Positions 1 to 8,443 of a stretch of DNA of 64,000 nucleotides are shown here, one piece after another; the stretch's first letter is position 1; each line of letters starts with the position of its first letter. This DNA is from Candidatus Iainarchaeum sp. (GTDB taxonomy: Archaea > Iainarchaeota > Iainarchaeia > Iainarchaeales > JAFCCJ01). Location of the stretch: contig JBDRHK010000015.1 in NCBI GenBank assembly GCA_043816965.1, positions 3,548 to 67,547 on the forward strand, given 5' to 3'. A program made the position numbers and the translations under genes. The notes under the pieces were generated by a model. It was given only the letters and a program-made list of their open reading frames with translations, did not search any database and had not been told where the DNA came from.

Positions 1-282
1 CACGCAGTGCACATCAACAGTAACCCCGGTCGCAAAATCATACCTGAATGCCCTTGCACAGTAACCATATGCTCCTGTTAATGGGGGAGGGATTCCTCCA
101 CCGGCAGGTCTCGTATAAAAAGAAACCATTGCAGCATCAATTGCCTGCTGCCTTGTGCTTTTGGCGGCCTCAACATCTGCCTTTTCAACAAGGTAAAGGT
201 TTGCATAGGCGGCCGCAAGAATAACAACCACAGCTATTGCAAACATGGCGTCAACACTGAAAGCAAAACCTTTATCAGACAT
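1..282 (-). CDS. Pilin-like protein with class III (prepilin-type) signal peptide; C-terminus lies beyond the window edge
   Basis: Absent from the ORF track because there is no stop in the window. Hand translation from ATG (282-280): MSDKG/FAFSVDAMFAIAVVVILAAAYANLYLVEKA... This is a short charged leader, then Gly, then about 20 hydrophobic residues. The ATG overlaps the stop of ORF 275..916 (ATGTCTGA). Confidence 0.55.
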   Translation of the reverse strand, partial: MSDKGFAFSVDAMFAIAVVVILAAAYANLYLVEKADVEAAKSTRQQAIDAAMVSFYTRPAGGGIPPPLTGAYGYCARAFRYDFATGVTVDVHCV

Positions 283-916
283 TCTTCCACACCTTTAGCG
301 TTATTGTCCCCTGCTCCAAAGGGCAACCTAAACTGTCATTGTCCCTAATGCAATTATGGTATAACTCTTTTTTGAATATCCACTCCTCAAACCCTGGGCC
401 TTGTGTGCCATTAAGAAAAACAACATCCCTTGTCGATGAATACACATTGCTTGCGGACCCGTCAAAAATAGCTCCGCATTCATTTGCAGTCAGGTTTAAT
501 TCAGCAGTGATATTGCCAGAAACTGAACCATTTCCAGTAATATTGCAGGAATAGTCAGATGGAATCCCCAATTTTTCCTTTGTTATTTCTAATTCCGGGG
601 GAGGAGCCGTGAAAAGAGGAATGCAGCCCATCACAGGCGCAAGAGAGGTAAGCGTACCTGCAAAATCGCGTCCTGCCATTCTGCAGGAAAAATATTCATT
701 ATCTGTCGCAAGAAAGGAAGGCTTGCTCATAAGGATAAGTGTGGCGGTCTCCCCAACTGAATAAAGTTCGTTATTGATTTCCGCCTCCCTTTGGTTGTAT
801 TCCTGCAACTCCATAAACTGAAGCATCAGCCCAATTGCAAGAATTATGATTGTGAGGGAAAGGATAAAATCCAATGAAAAAATCTGGCCTTTTTTATTCA
901 ACATATCACCCAACAT
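275..916 (-). CDS. Pilin-like protein (class III signal peptide)
   Basis: N-terminus MLGDMLNKKG/QIFSLDFILSLTIIILAIGLML: basic leader, G/Q junction, acidic residue near +5/+6, hydrophobic helix. Overlaps neighbouring genes within the pilus operon. Confidence 0.6.
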   Translation of the reverse strand: MLGDMLNKKGQIFSLDFILSLTIIILAIGLMLQFMELQEYNQREAEINNELYSVGETATLILMSKPSFLATDNEYFSCRMAGRDFAGTLTSLAPVMGCIPLFTAPPPELEITKEKLGIPSDYSCNITGNGSVSGNITAELNLTANECGAIFDGSASNVYSSTRDVVFLNGTQGPGFEEWIFKKELYHNCIRDNDSLGCPLEQGTITLKVWKNV

Positions 917-1364
917 CCACCGTTTCTCCGCATTTTATTGGAAAGGTTCCATTAAGGGTCGTTGTCTCCCTTGTTACAGCAACAGCCAGTTCCTCCGGGG
1001 CATCACCATAAATATTTCCCGCATCATCAAAATCAAAATTCATTGTCAATTTGTTGCCGGCATAATTTATCTCACAATCCAATGCCCGTCTCTCGCCAAT
1101 AAGAATTAGTTTTGGCACCGAATACGTAATATCAACAGTACTGGTGATTTCTGCCCCTGTTCCCGCAGTAAAAGACTGCGAAAGCTCCTCATTCAAGGTG
1201 TAAATCCTTGCAACCTCGTTTAAAATTGCCCTTCCCTGGGAACGTATTGAAATCGCCTGCTGGCTTTCAGTGACATCATCCATTAAAATTGCCATTCCCT
1301 GCACAAAAAGCATTGCCACCAAAATGGTTAATGTCAAATCAATGCTTACCTGACCCCTCTGCAT
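906..1364 (-). CDS. Pilin-like protein (class III signal peptide)
   Basis: N-terminus MQRG/QVSIDLTLTILVAMLFVQG matches the [KR]G/Q-x-S-x-[DE] plus hydrophobic-helix pattern shared by the locus. Confidence 0.6.
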   Translation of the reverse strand: MQRGQVSIDLTLTILVAMLFVQGMAILMDDVTESQQAISIRSQGRAILNEVARIYTLNEELSQSFTAGTGAEITSTVDITYSVPKLILIGERRALDCEINYAGNKLTMNFDFDDAGNIYGDAPEELAVAVTRETTTLNGTFPIKCGETVDVG

Positions 1365-2582
1365 TCAATCACCATAAAGAATTGCTTTTCCCGCAATATT
1401 AATCAGCTCAGGAACAAGATCTCTTCCGTTAATCCTCTGCAATCCCCCTGATGCGCAGGCCCTCTCCCCAAATTCCTTTACAGCATCAACCCTGACCCCT
1501 GGGCCATTTATCAGGATAGGGAGAGGGTCGCCTGAATGTGCCTTAAGTGAGCAGGGAGTTGAATGGTCCCCTGTAACCGCAATCACCGTATTCTTAAGTC
1601 CCCTTAATTCACCAATCGCCAAATCATCCTTCTCAATAAACTTCATTTTGCCCCTGCAATTTCCATCCTCACCCAAAGAGTCAGTTCCCTTTACATGCAG
1701 GAAGATGAAATCGTATTTATTCAGGGCTTTTTTCGCCTCCCTGAACTTTGCCCCGGCATTTGTTGCAGGGGTACCTGTCGCCCCCTTAACATCTATCAAA
1801 TCCATTCCCAAAAATCTGGCAACTCCCCTGTAAAGTCCCCCGCCTGCAATGCACCCTGCCTTCAGCCCAAACTTTTTCTCAAAACTTTCCAGTTTCGGGA
1901 CAAATGCCGCGCCCCTTATGAGGACATAGTTTGGAATAAGTTTTCCGGATTTTTTCCTTTTTGCATTTTCAGGATTTTTGGAAACCACATCCCTAGCCTT
2001 AGCCAGGAAGTTGTTCATAACCTTTGCGGTAAATTTCGCCTGCCTTGTATTTTTGGTGGGCCTTACGGCAAGAACATTCTCCCCCGCAATATGGGGGTCA
2101 TTGTCGGCCACATCCCCCGATAATCCTTTTCCCCTTGCAATAATTCCCATGCGGTGCGCGGTGCCTGGCTGAACCATAAATTTAATCCCGTTAATTGCAA
2201 TCCCATCCAGTTTCTTTGCATAGGGGGAAGTGTCACCAATCCTCCCTGCTCTCCGGTCTATTATTTTCCCGCCTTTATCCACGGTCGCAAGGTTTGCCCT
2301 GAAACAAACATCTCCCTTTTTTGGGTTCATCCCAATTCCCAAAACCTCAAACAGGCCCCTCCCTGCATAATACTTTTCAGGAGGAAAGCCAAGAATTGAA
2401 AGATGTGCTGTGTCACTCCCAGGCCTTACTCCCCTTCCGATTGTGTCCATTAAGCCAGTGATTCCATTTTTTGCAAGTTTGTTAAGGTTTGGGGTTTTCG
2501 CTTTCTCCAAAGGAGTAAGGCCCCCGAATTCCTTAACCGGCCTATCCCCGAGACCATCCAGAATTACAAGTAAAATCTTCAT
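1365..2582 (-). CDS. apgM: 2,3-bisphosphoglycerate-independent phosphoglycerate mutase, archaeal type
   Basis: MKILLVILDGLGDRP..., GSDTAHLSILGF and TGDHSTP motifs, 405 aa, typical of archaeal ApgM (alkaline-phosphatase superfamily). Ends with TGA. Confidence 0.9.
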   Translation of the reverse strand: MKILLVILDGLGDRPVKEFGGLTPLEKAKTPNLNKLAKNGITGLMDTIGRGVRPGSDTAHLSILGFPPEKYYAGRGLFEVLGIGMNPKKGDVCFRANLATVDKGGKIIDRRAGRIGDTSPYAKKLDGIAINGIKFMVQPGTAHRMGIIARGKGLSGDVADNDPHIAGENVLAVRPTKNTRQAKFTAKVMNNFLAKARDVVSKNPENAKRKKSGKLIPNYVLIRGAAFVPKLESFEKKFGLKAGCIAGGGLYRGVARFLGMDLIDVKGATGTPATNAGAKFREAKKALNKYDFIFLHVKGTDSLGEDGNCRGKMKFIEKDDLAIGELRGLKNTVIAVTGDHSTPCSLKAHSGDPLPILINGPGVRVDAVKEFGERACASGGLQRINGRDLVPELINIAGKAILYGD

Positions 2583-2602
2583 CAGAACCGATATTAATTA
2601 AA

Positions 2603-2968
2603 TCAAACTACTATAAATTCTTGTTGCTTTCCCCCAGAATCAAATGCAGCGATGGATTCCAGGTCATATGGATATGCTGCAATAAGATGGAAATCCCCGA
2701 ATTTTGTAAAACTGCTTAAATCCGCCATTGAGGGATATGCATTGGGGGATGGGTGGGAATGGACACTCCCCATTACCCTGGAATCTATGGGGATAAGCCA
2801 GCTCTTTATTGCGGTGAAATTTCTTCCATAAGTTGCGGGAACCACGACCAATTCATCAATAATGCCATTTTTCTTATCCCCGCCAAGAAGGGAAAAGAAC
2901 TCGTTAGGATAGGTATTGTGAGAAGCAATAATTATTGATTCTATTGTTTCCTTTTTAATTCGGTACAT
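2603..2968 (-). CDS. JAMM/MPN+ metalloprotease domain protein
   Basis: NEFFSLLGG (Glu) and HSHPSPNAYPSMADL (HxHx7Sx2D JAMM motif). The track ORF extends to 3022, but MYRIKKE (ATG at 2968) is the more plausible start. Confidence 0.75.
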   Translation of the reverse strand: MYRIKKETIESIIIASHNTYPNEFFSLLGGDKKNGIIDELVVVPATYGRNFTAIKSWLIPIDSRVMGSVHSHPSPNAYPSMADLSSFTKFGDFHLIAAYPYDLESIAAFDSGGKQQEFIVV

Positions 2969-3015
2969 CGGAACCCCAAATAATAAGGGCAGAAAAATTA
3001 AAATACCGCAACAAA

Positions 3016-3354
3016 TCAGCAATTTTCCAATTGGGAAGGAATTCCGTTTGGGTATTCCTTGGCAGAGCAGACTTGGTTTTTAACATACCAACAGCAACCC
3101 ATAGCATAGCTGGCTCCAGCTGGGGCGAAATCACCTAAATCTGATGGATCAGCCTTACAGTTATTTTCATCGCCACCATATGTATTAATACATGATATTT
3201 TTGCGCCAGACAGCCGGCTAGGGGGATCGGGATTGATCGGAGGTAATATCGAAATTAGCACCACCGAAACAACAACTACGACAACCAATGTCATCAGAAC
3301 AGCCGCACCGACAATCAAAATCAACTTCTTATCCATGCAAACGAATAAGCCCAA
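3016..3354 (-). CDS. Cysteine-rich pilin-paralog lacking the prepilin cleavage motif (membrane-anchored)
   Basis: The C-terminal ~60 aa align with pilin 7861..8193: SC[IL]NTYGG...LGDFAPA..Y..GCCW....VCSAKEY........C, with six conserved Cys and a C-terminal Cys. The N-terminus MDKKLILIVGAAVLMTLVVVVVV has no G/Q-x-x-x-E site. Confidence 0.6.
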   Translation of the reverse strand: MGLFVCMDKKLILIVGAAVLMTLVVVVVVSVVLISILPPINPDPPSRLSGAKISCINTYGGDENNCKADPSDLGDFAPAGASYAMGCCWYVKNQVCSAKEYPNGIPSQLENC

Positions 3355-3377
3355 ACTACTATTTATTTATGCCTGAT

Positions 3378-4568
3378 TCAAATTCCCAGGTAAAAAACTA
3401 TCACCGGCACCATCAGGAACGCCATGCAATTTGTCCTTTTTGTCCCTGTGCAAATTGTGAGCAACCCAACAGCTGCTGAAACAACCAGCAAAAGAATTCC
3501 AACAACCCCGCTAAACCAATAGACCAAAAAGAAAAGTAAAATAATTATTATTTTGTTAATTAGGGAGTAATCGAATCTCGAAAGATTCTTTGCAACAATT
3601 ATTGCCATCACCTCAGCGGCGATTGCCCCCACCCCAATCGCAATCAAGATAACCGCAATGAAAATCAGCAGGGTATTCCAGTCCAGTTTAACCAATTCCT
3701 TGACCGCAACAGCTGCTCCTGTCCTTGTTTTCCCAAGCAGGAAAAGGATAAAGAAACTGAAAATTATATTGGTTGTATTAATCCCGCCCAGCATTACAAG
3801 ATAGCCCTTGCTGCTCATTTTCCCCTTTAGTTTCCCTGCCATGAATGCTGCCTGGCTTGCCCCGACCCCGGGCAGTATGGAAACAAAACCCCCGGCCAGT
3901 GTGCTAAGAAGGGAATATTTTAAGACAGGATTTAATGGATATGAATCCTTTTTCACCAATTGTTTCCTCAATCTTGTTTTCACCCTTAAGGAGTTGAGCA
4001 GCGTGGATAGGCCAAAAAAACCAGTAACCAACGGAAATATTGGATTGCCTATTGCAAGGAAGTTCAGTGAAATTAATCCAATTACTGAGGAAAGCGCTAC
4101 AATAGCAAAACTCCACAGGATTTTATTCTGTTTCTTCTGCCAGAAAACCATAAAGAGAAGAATCAGGATAAGGATGAACGGAACAAACTGGTAAATTATT
4201 TTTCCCCATTCCTCAATGAAGAGAAAGTAAACAGGGGAAATCAGCACCGCAACAACACCCCCAAAAACCCCGCCAATGATTGTGAATTTTATCGCCGAAA
4301 CCCCCTCCCCCTTAAGCAGTAATTTATGCCCGGGAAGAACCGAAAGAAAAGTGCTTTCTTCCCCTGCCCCCAAAAAAACACTTGGGATGAAATCAACAAA
4401 TGACTGCACTGTGCTCATTGCGACAATCATCACCGCAACACCCAGGCCAAATTCCCCGAAAAGGCTGACCGCAACAAGGGCAACAGTGTTTGCATGGATT
4501 CCTGGAACCAGGCCTGTGGCAACTCCAAAAAAACAACCTACAAAAATAAAAAACAGAATCTCAATCAA
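3378..4568 (-). CDS. Polytopic membrane protein, DUF112/TctA-like
   Basis: About 10 or more hydrophobic segments. N-terminal GLVPGIHANT and the later LPGVGASQAA resemble the duplicated TctA/DUF112 motif. Assigned from memory of the family only. Confidence 0.5.
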   Translation of the reverse strand: MIEILFFIFVGCFFGVATGLVPGIHANTVALVAVSLFGEFGLGVAVMIVAMSTVQSFVDFIPSVFLGAGEESTFLSVLPGHKLLLKGEGVSAIKFTIIGGVFGGVVAVLISPVYFLFIEEWGKIIYQFVPFILILILLFMVFWQKKQNKILWSFAIVALSSVIGLISLNFLAIGNPIFPLVTGFFGLSTLLNSLRVKTRLRKQLVKKDSYPLNPVLKYSLLSTLAGGFVSILPGVGASQAAFMAGKLKGKMSSKGYLVMLGGINTTNIIFSFFILFLLGKTRTGAAVAVKELVKLDWNTLLIFIAVILIAIGVGAIAAEVMAIIVAKNLSRFDYSLINKIIIILLFFLVYWFSGVVGILLLVVSAAVGLLTICTGTKRTNCMAFLMVPVIVFYLGI

Positions 4569-4923
4569 CGCTTTCCACTTCCTCGGCGATGATTTCCAGC
4601 TGCCCCTTATATTTCTTAACCACGCCCCTGATTCTCACAAATTCATTTTCCCTTACCCCCGCCAATTCCCTGACAGTTGGGGAGAAAACAACAACCCTCA
4701 AACCCCCTTCCCCCCCGAGTGAAAAGAACAATGTGTCATTTGCGAAAAACCTTTCCCCAACCTTTCCCTGGGAAATAACTCTTTTGTCTAGCCAGCTTTC
4801 ATCAATTTCCCCGGGGGAGATTTCCAATGGCTCCTCCATAAACGCCAGAAACAGGAGCAGGATAATTCCTGCAAGGGAAACCAGGAGAGAAATCTTTTTC
4901 ACCAGAAAATCATTGAATTCCAT
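4561..4923 (-). CDS. Membrane-anchored OB-fold protein
   Basis: N-terminal TM helix, then a ~70-aa beta-rich region ending FVRIRGVVKKYKGQLEIIAEEVE, typical of tRNA_anti-like OB folds. Confidence 0.45.
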   Translation of the reverse strand: MEFNDFLVKKISLLVSLAGIILLLFLAFMEEPLEISPGEIDESWLDKRVISQGKVGERFFANDTLFFSLGGEGGLRVVVFSPTVRELAGVRENEFVRIRGVVKKYKGQLEIIAEEVESVD

Positions 4924-4956
4924 AGCTTATTTGGAAAAGAAAAGAAGATAAATAAT

Positions 4957-4970
4957 TCGTCAATTGACGA
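4957..4970. promoter_or_regulatory. Perfect 14-bp palindrome TCGTCAATTGACGA abutting a TATA-like box upstream of gene 4561..4923
   Basis: Read directly. On the minus strand the order is palindrome, ttatttatc (4947-4955), then ATG at 4923 about 23 nt later. The same arrangement occurs at 34283 and 31935. Confidence 0.45.
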
Positions 4971-4973
4971 ATA

Positions 4974-5567
4974 TTAGATTTTCTCTATTTCGACAGGCCT
5001 GGGCCCCAAAAGGCCCCTTTTAAGCCTAAGCTTAACCCTTTCCCCTTTTTTGAATTTCAAGCCTGATTTTATATTGTGCTTTTTCGCAACAGTCCAGGAC
5101 CTAAGATCAAATTCTGTTTCCACAAGGCAGTTCTCCCCGTCACTCATAATAACCTTTCCAAAACCATAGTTTCTTCTGAAAACCACCCAGAAAATTGCCA
5201 TGAAAATAAATAGCAGAATAATAAGCGCAAAAAAGAAAAAGCTCTGGCCTGAAAATTCAGGGGCAAAAACCGGCCCAAGCCAGCTCAGTTGGGCAATAAT
5301 AATCAAACCGACAAAGAAGTAGAGGTATGCGAAAAAATCCTCCTTGAATTCCTCCCGCCCCTCTGTTGCAAGCTCATAAAGGAGAATAACAATCAGAATT
5401 AATTCCGCAATCAAAAATAATTCATAAGGAATCAAAAATTTGAGAAAAACCCCTGCAATAATAACAAGCAGCAGAATCTGCATCTTGTAAACAAGATATG
5501 TGCGGTGGCTGAAATTGCCGACATTTTTCTCCAGGAATTTTTCAATCAAGCCAATCAGCTCGGGCAA
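4974..5567 (-). CDS. Hypothetical membrane protein
   Basis: Four or five hydrophobic helices followed by a soluble basic C-terminal domain. No recognisable motif. Confidence 0.4.
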   Translation of the reverse strand: MPELIGLIEKFLEKNVGNFSHRTYLVYKMQILLLVIIAGVFLKFLIPYELFLIAELILIVILLYELATEGREEFKEDFFAYLYFFVGLIIIAQLSWLGPVFAPEFSGQSFFFFALIILLFIFMAIFWVVFRRNYGFGKVIMSDGENCLVETEFDLRSWTVAKKHNIKSGLKFKKGERVKLRLKRGLLGPRPVEIEKI

Positions 5568-5980
5568 TTAGTGCTAGAAGGAATATTGTCCCTATCTGTG
5601 CCGTTAATGCACACATGCACAGTCTCATATTTGCTCCTCAAAATAATCTCGTCCCGAAGATAATCTTTGAATGCGGTGGTGTCTAGGTTCATGCTGCCCC
5701 CGGAAAGAATTAAATCCAGCTTAATTGTGTCATCGCCTACAGTCTCAAAAAGTATTTCCTCAATGTACTCCATAGAATCAATCTGGCTCAGTTTGTCGAT
5801 TGTTTTTTCCTTTGCAATTATCAGCGCAATTGTTGAATCTTTTATGACCACGTAATTGGAAAGAATCATGGTAACCAAACCTATTACCGCCGCGAAAACG
5901 ATAATCAGCTCATAGCTGACCTGGCCGGAATTACTAAGCCAATTTGACAGTGGTTGTAGAACCATCTTTTTCAACCTCAA
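5555..5980 (-). CDS. Pilin-like protein (class III signal peptide)
   Basis: ...LSNSG/QVSYELIIVFAAVIGLVTMIL. Overlaps the upstream gene. Confidence 0.6.
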   Translation of the reverse strand: MRLKKMVLQPLSNWLSNSGQVSYELIIVFAAVIGLVTMILSNYVVIKDSTIALIIAKEKTIDKLSQIDSMEYIEEILFETVGDDTIKLDLILSGGSMNLDTTAFKDYLRDEIILRSKYETVHVCINGTDRDNIPSSTNCPS

Positions 5981-6488
5981 GAGTTACCACTATTCCGGCA
6001 TAATTATCCATATTGTCTATTTTTAATCCGCCTGAGCAGTTAACACTGCTACTATCTAATAATAAGTCAAACACCTTGGCACATTTTTCATTATCCCCAT
6101 CAATGTCATTAATGCAGGCAGACGGGGCCGAGTAAGCATTCAATAAAATCCCGTCCAGCGCAACCTGGAAGCAGATCCCATTCACGCAAGTTGCGCCAAT
6201 ATCGCTTAACTGGCAGGTTAGGATGGTGTTCCCAGGCACAAAAAGAGTAATGGTCCTTTTATTTTCCCCGGGAGCAACGCTCACAGCATCAATGGTATTT
6301 GCAAGCTTTTCCGCGGCAAATCTCGCCTGGCCAATCCTTGCGGTTTCCTTGCCGCTTGCGGCGGCAATTGTAAGCGAAGGGTTAACGACAGTCTGAATGA
6401 ACAGGGCAATAATCATCACAAGCATAATTATTTCAATAGAGGCCTGACCCCGCCTGCCTAAATTTTGAAAAAAGGAAATAGAACCCAT
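5934..6488 (-). CDS. Pilin-like protein (class III signal peptide)
   Basis: ...NLGRRG/QASIEIIMLVMIIALFIQ. The start overlaps the end of the peptidase gene. Confidence 0.6.
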   Translation of the reverse strand: MGSISFFQNLGRRGQASIEIIMLVMIIALFIQTVVNPSLTIAAASGKETARIGQARFAAEKLANTIDAVSVAPGENKRTITLFVPGNTILTCQLSDIGATCVNGICFQVALDGILLNAYSAPSACINDIDGDNEKCAKVFDLLLDSSSVNCSGGLKIDNMDNYAGIVVTLEVEKDGSTTTVKLA

Positions 6489-7669
6489 AAAACATCCCCT
6501 ATCAATTGAAGCAACAAATAACCAATCAATATTCCTGGCACAAATGCTGTTGTTCCCTTCACCTCTATCTTTTTCGGAATTAAGCCCTTATTCGCAAGTT
6601 CCTTAATCTCTTTTAATTGCTCCCCTGTAAGGCCGCCGGCGCTTGAGGAACTTGCAACAACCCTTGCCCCTGGCTTAATCGCCTGGTTAAGGGCATCCAA
6701 ATTATTATCCATTAACTGCTTTATAAGTGTTCCTATAGAGGCCCCTTCCAGAATCTCTATTTTTCCGCCCTTTTCAACAATGGTTTTTAGCGGAATCTCC
6801 CCCTCCTCCAGGTCCCTGACATCTTTCTCCATTCCCAAAAGCCTTGCCAATGCCTTTTTTGGCCTGTGGTGCACAACAATTTCAATTGTGAGAGTAATGG
6901 TGAGAATGATAACAAAAACTACGGCAAAACTAAATATTGCGCTTGGCACAGAAAGGTAGAGCGCGAAGGCCAACAGAATGGCCGCAAGGAATTTCTGCAG
7001 GAGATAGCTTATTTTTTTAAGCCCAAGCAAGCCAATCACTGTAACAATTGGCAGATGGAATATTTCAGGAACTCCCAGGAAAATAAGAAGGGTTGCTGTC
7101 CCAACAATCGCCGCAGTTGTTATAACAATGCCGTTAATTTTTCTTTTCACCAATGCAACAACAACCCCCTTCAAATTCATTTTCTTTATCATTTCCCTTC
7201 TATCAATCATGCGCTTTAATGTTATTGCAGTCACCCATGGGACCATTGAAATAATGCTGAAAACGAAAAGCGAAAAAGGGAAGATTGGCTCTGAAACAGA
7301 CGCAAAATTAAAAGTAATGCCGAGAAGTGAAAGGCTTTCTAAACCAATTAAATCCCTGAGGACACCATGGTTTACTGTGTTGATTGTGGCAAGCCCTGTC
7401 ATCAGCTTAACATCGCCCCCCGCCCATCCCCCTGCCTTGTAAAGGAGCAATGAGCCAACGGCGGTGGCGAAGGTTACGGCGCCGGTTACAATGATTATTG
7501 AAGGGTCATTCGCAAGCAGGGACCTGATTCCCTGCAGAATCAGCCCGCCAAAAATAAGTGAAAATGTGAGTTTATTGGAAACAATCCTTTCCCGTAAATC
7601 GGTAAATGTGGCGATAATAAGGGCGATTATTGAAATTATGAAGAAGAAAATAGGAAAGCTGATAGGCAT
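6458..7669 (-). CDS. A24-family prepilin/preflagellin peptidase (FlaK/PibD/EppA-like) with an extra ~105-aa soluble domain
   Basis: Two catalytic Asp contexts: TFTD(24)LRERIVSN and GGWAGGD(86)VKLM (GxGDxK). Multiple TM helices. A soluble segment at aa ~267-373 precedes the last TM helix. Confidence 0.8.
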   Translation of the reverse strand: MPISFPIFFFIISIIALIIATFTDLRERIVSNKLTFSLIFGGLILQGIRSLLANDPSIIIVTGAVTFATAVGSLLLYKAGGWAGGDVKLMTGLATINTVNHGVLRDLIGLESLSLLGITFNFASVSEPIFPFSLFVFSIISMVPWVTAITLKRMIDRREMIKKMNLKGVVVALVKRKINGIVITTAAIVGTATLLIFLGVPEIFHLPIVTVIGLLGLKKISYLLQKFLAAILLAFALYLSVPSAIFSFAVVFVIILTITLTIEIVVHHRPKKALARLLGMEKDVRDLEEGEIPLKTIVEKGGKIEILEGASIGTLIKQLMDNNLDALNQAIKPGARVVASSSSAGGLTGEQLKEIKELANKGLIPKKIEVKGTTAFVPGILIGYLLLQLIGDVLWVLFPFFKI

Positions 7670-7673
7670 GTTA

Positions 7674-7844
7674 TCAGCCCATCAGAGATTCAATAGTTTC
7701 CGACCTGAATGAAAGAATTTTTGCCTGCGCAACATTCGCAATCGAAGCCAAGTTCATGGTTACAACCGAAGCTACCAAAACCAGCACCAGCACAAAGCCG
7801 ATGCTGATAAGGTACTCCAATGAAACTTGTGCCCTATTGTTCAT
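7674..7844 (-). CDS. Small (56 aa) pilin with class III signal peptide, not in the ORF track
   Basis: Hand translation: MNNRA/QVSLEYLISIGFVLVLVLVASVVTMNLASIANVAQAKILSFRSETIESLMG*. 171 nt including the stop. Confidence 0.65.
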   Translation of the reverse strand: MNNRAQVSLEYLISIGFVLVLVLVASVVTMNLASIANVAQAKILSFRSETIESLMG

Positions 7845-7860
7845 GCTTTACACATCATTC

Positions 7861-8193
7861 TTAGCAATCTGTAAGTGCGGGAAGTGGTGTAGCATATTCT
7901 TTTGCAGAACAAACCTTATCTATAGTGTCCCAACAGCAACCAGCAGCGTAGTCTGCATTAGCAGGTGCGAAATCACCCAAAGCTTTGTCTGTTGCGTCAC
8001 CCAAACAGCCAGTGCCGCCTACAGCTCCCATAGTACCGCCATAAGTATTCAAACAGCTTACTTTCGCAGCACTAATTCTTGCCGGTTTGTCGTCACTTAT
8101 GGTTGTCAGCAATACTATAACCACCACAGCAACAAGCACAGCACCGCCAATCAGCAGCAGATACTCAAGTGCACCTTGTCCTTTTCTATCCAT
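7861..8193 (-). CDS. Candidate major pilin, cysteine-rich C-terminal domain
   Basis: MDRKG/QGALEYLLLIGGAVLVAVVVIVLL, with six Cys in the C-terminal domain. A near-perfect Shine-Dalgarno (minus-strand AAGGAGGATGA; tcctcc at 8201-8206) lies 7 nt before the ATG, with TATA-like boxes upstream. Confidence 0.75.
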   Translation of the reverse strand: MDRKGQGALEYLLLIGGAVLVAVVVIVLLTTISDDKPARISAAKVSCLNTYGGTMGAVGGTGCLGDATDKALGDFAPANADYAAGCCWDTIDKVCSAKEYATPLPALTDC

Positions 8194-8278
8194 ATGTTCA
8201 TCCTCCTTTTGTTGGTTATAAATATGATATAATCTATCTAAACATATCCATTCTAGTATTTAAACCTTCTTCCGGCAT

Positions 8279-8443
8279 TTATCCAGTACTTTCCTCAAGC
8301 GCTTCGCCTGAAGTATCCTGGAGCTCCCGGCCAAGTGTTTTTAGATAAAAACCAACTGCCGCTGCAACTGCCAGAACCCCCCCTAAAATAAGGAGCATTT
8401 CAAGCGAACTTTGCGCCCTTTCCTCAAAAATCAATCCTTTCAT
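8279..8443 (-). CDS. Small (54 aa) pilin-like protein with class III signal peptide, not in the ORF track
   Basis: Hand translation: MKGLIFEERA/QSSLEMLLILGGVLAVAAAVGFYLKTLGRELQDTSGEALEESTG*. The ATG overlaps the stop of 8440..9414. Confidence 0.6.
   Translation of the reverse strand: MKGLIFEERAQSSLEMLLILGGVLAVAAAVGFYLKTLGRELQDTSGEALEESTG

Noticed and set aside
7756-8232. Long antisense ORFs in the track (e.g. 7756..8232+, 8411..8986+, 12337..12948+, 13789..14424+, 23605..24195+, 28660..29091-, 42582..43034-, 43668..44126-, 48052..48690+)
   Set aside because: Each lies fully opposite a gene with clear family motifs. Their products are low-complexity (Ser/Leu/Pro/Phe-rich) with no motifs. They look like typical shadow ORFs.
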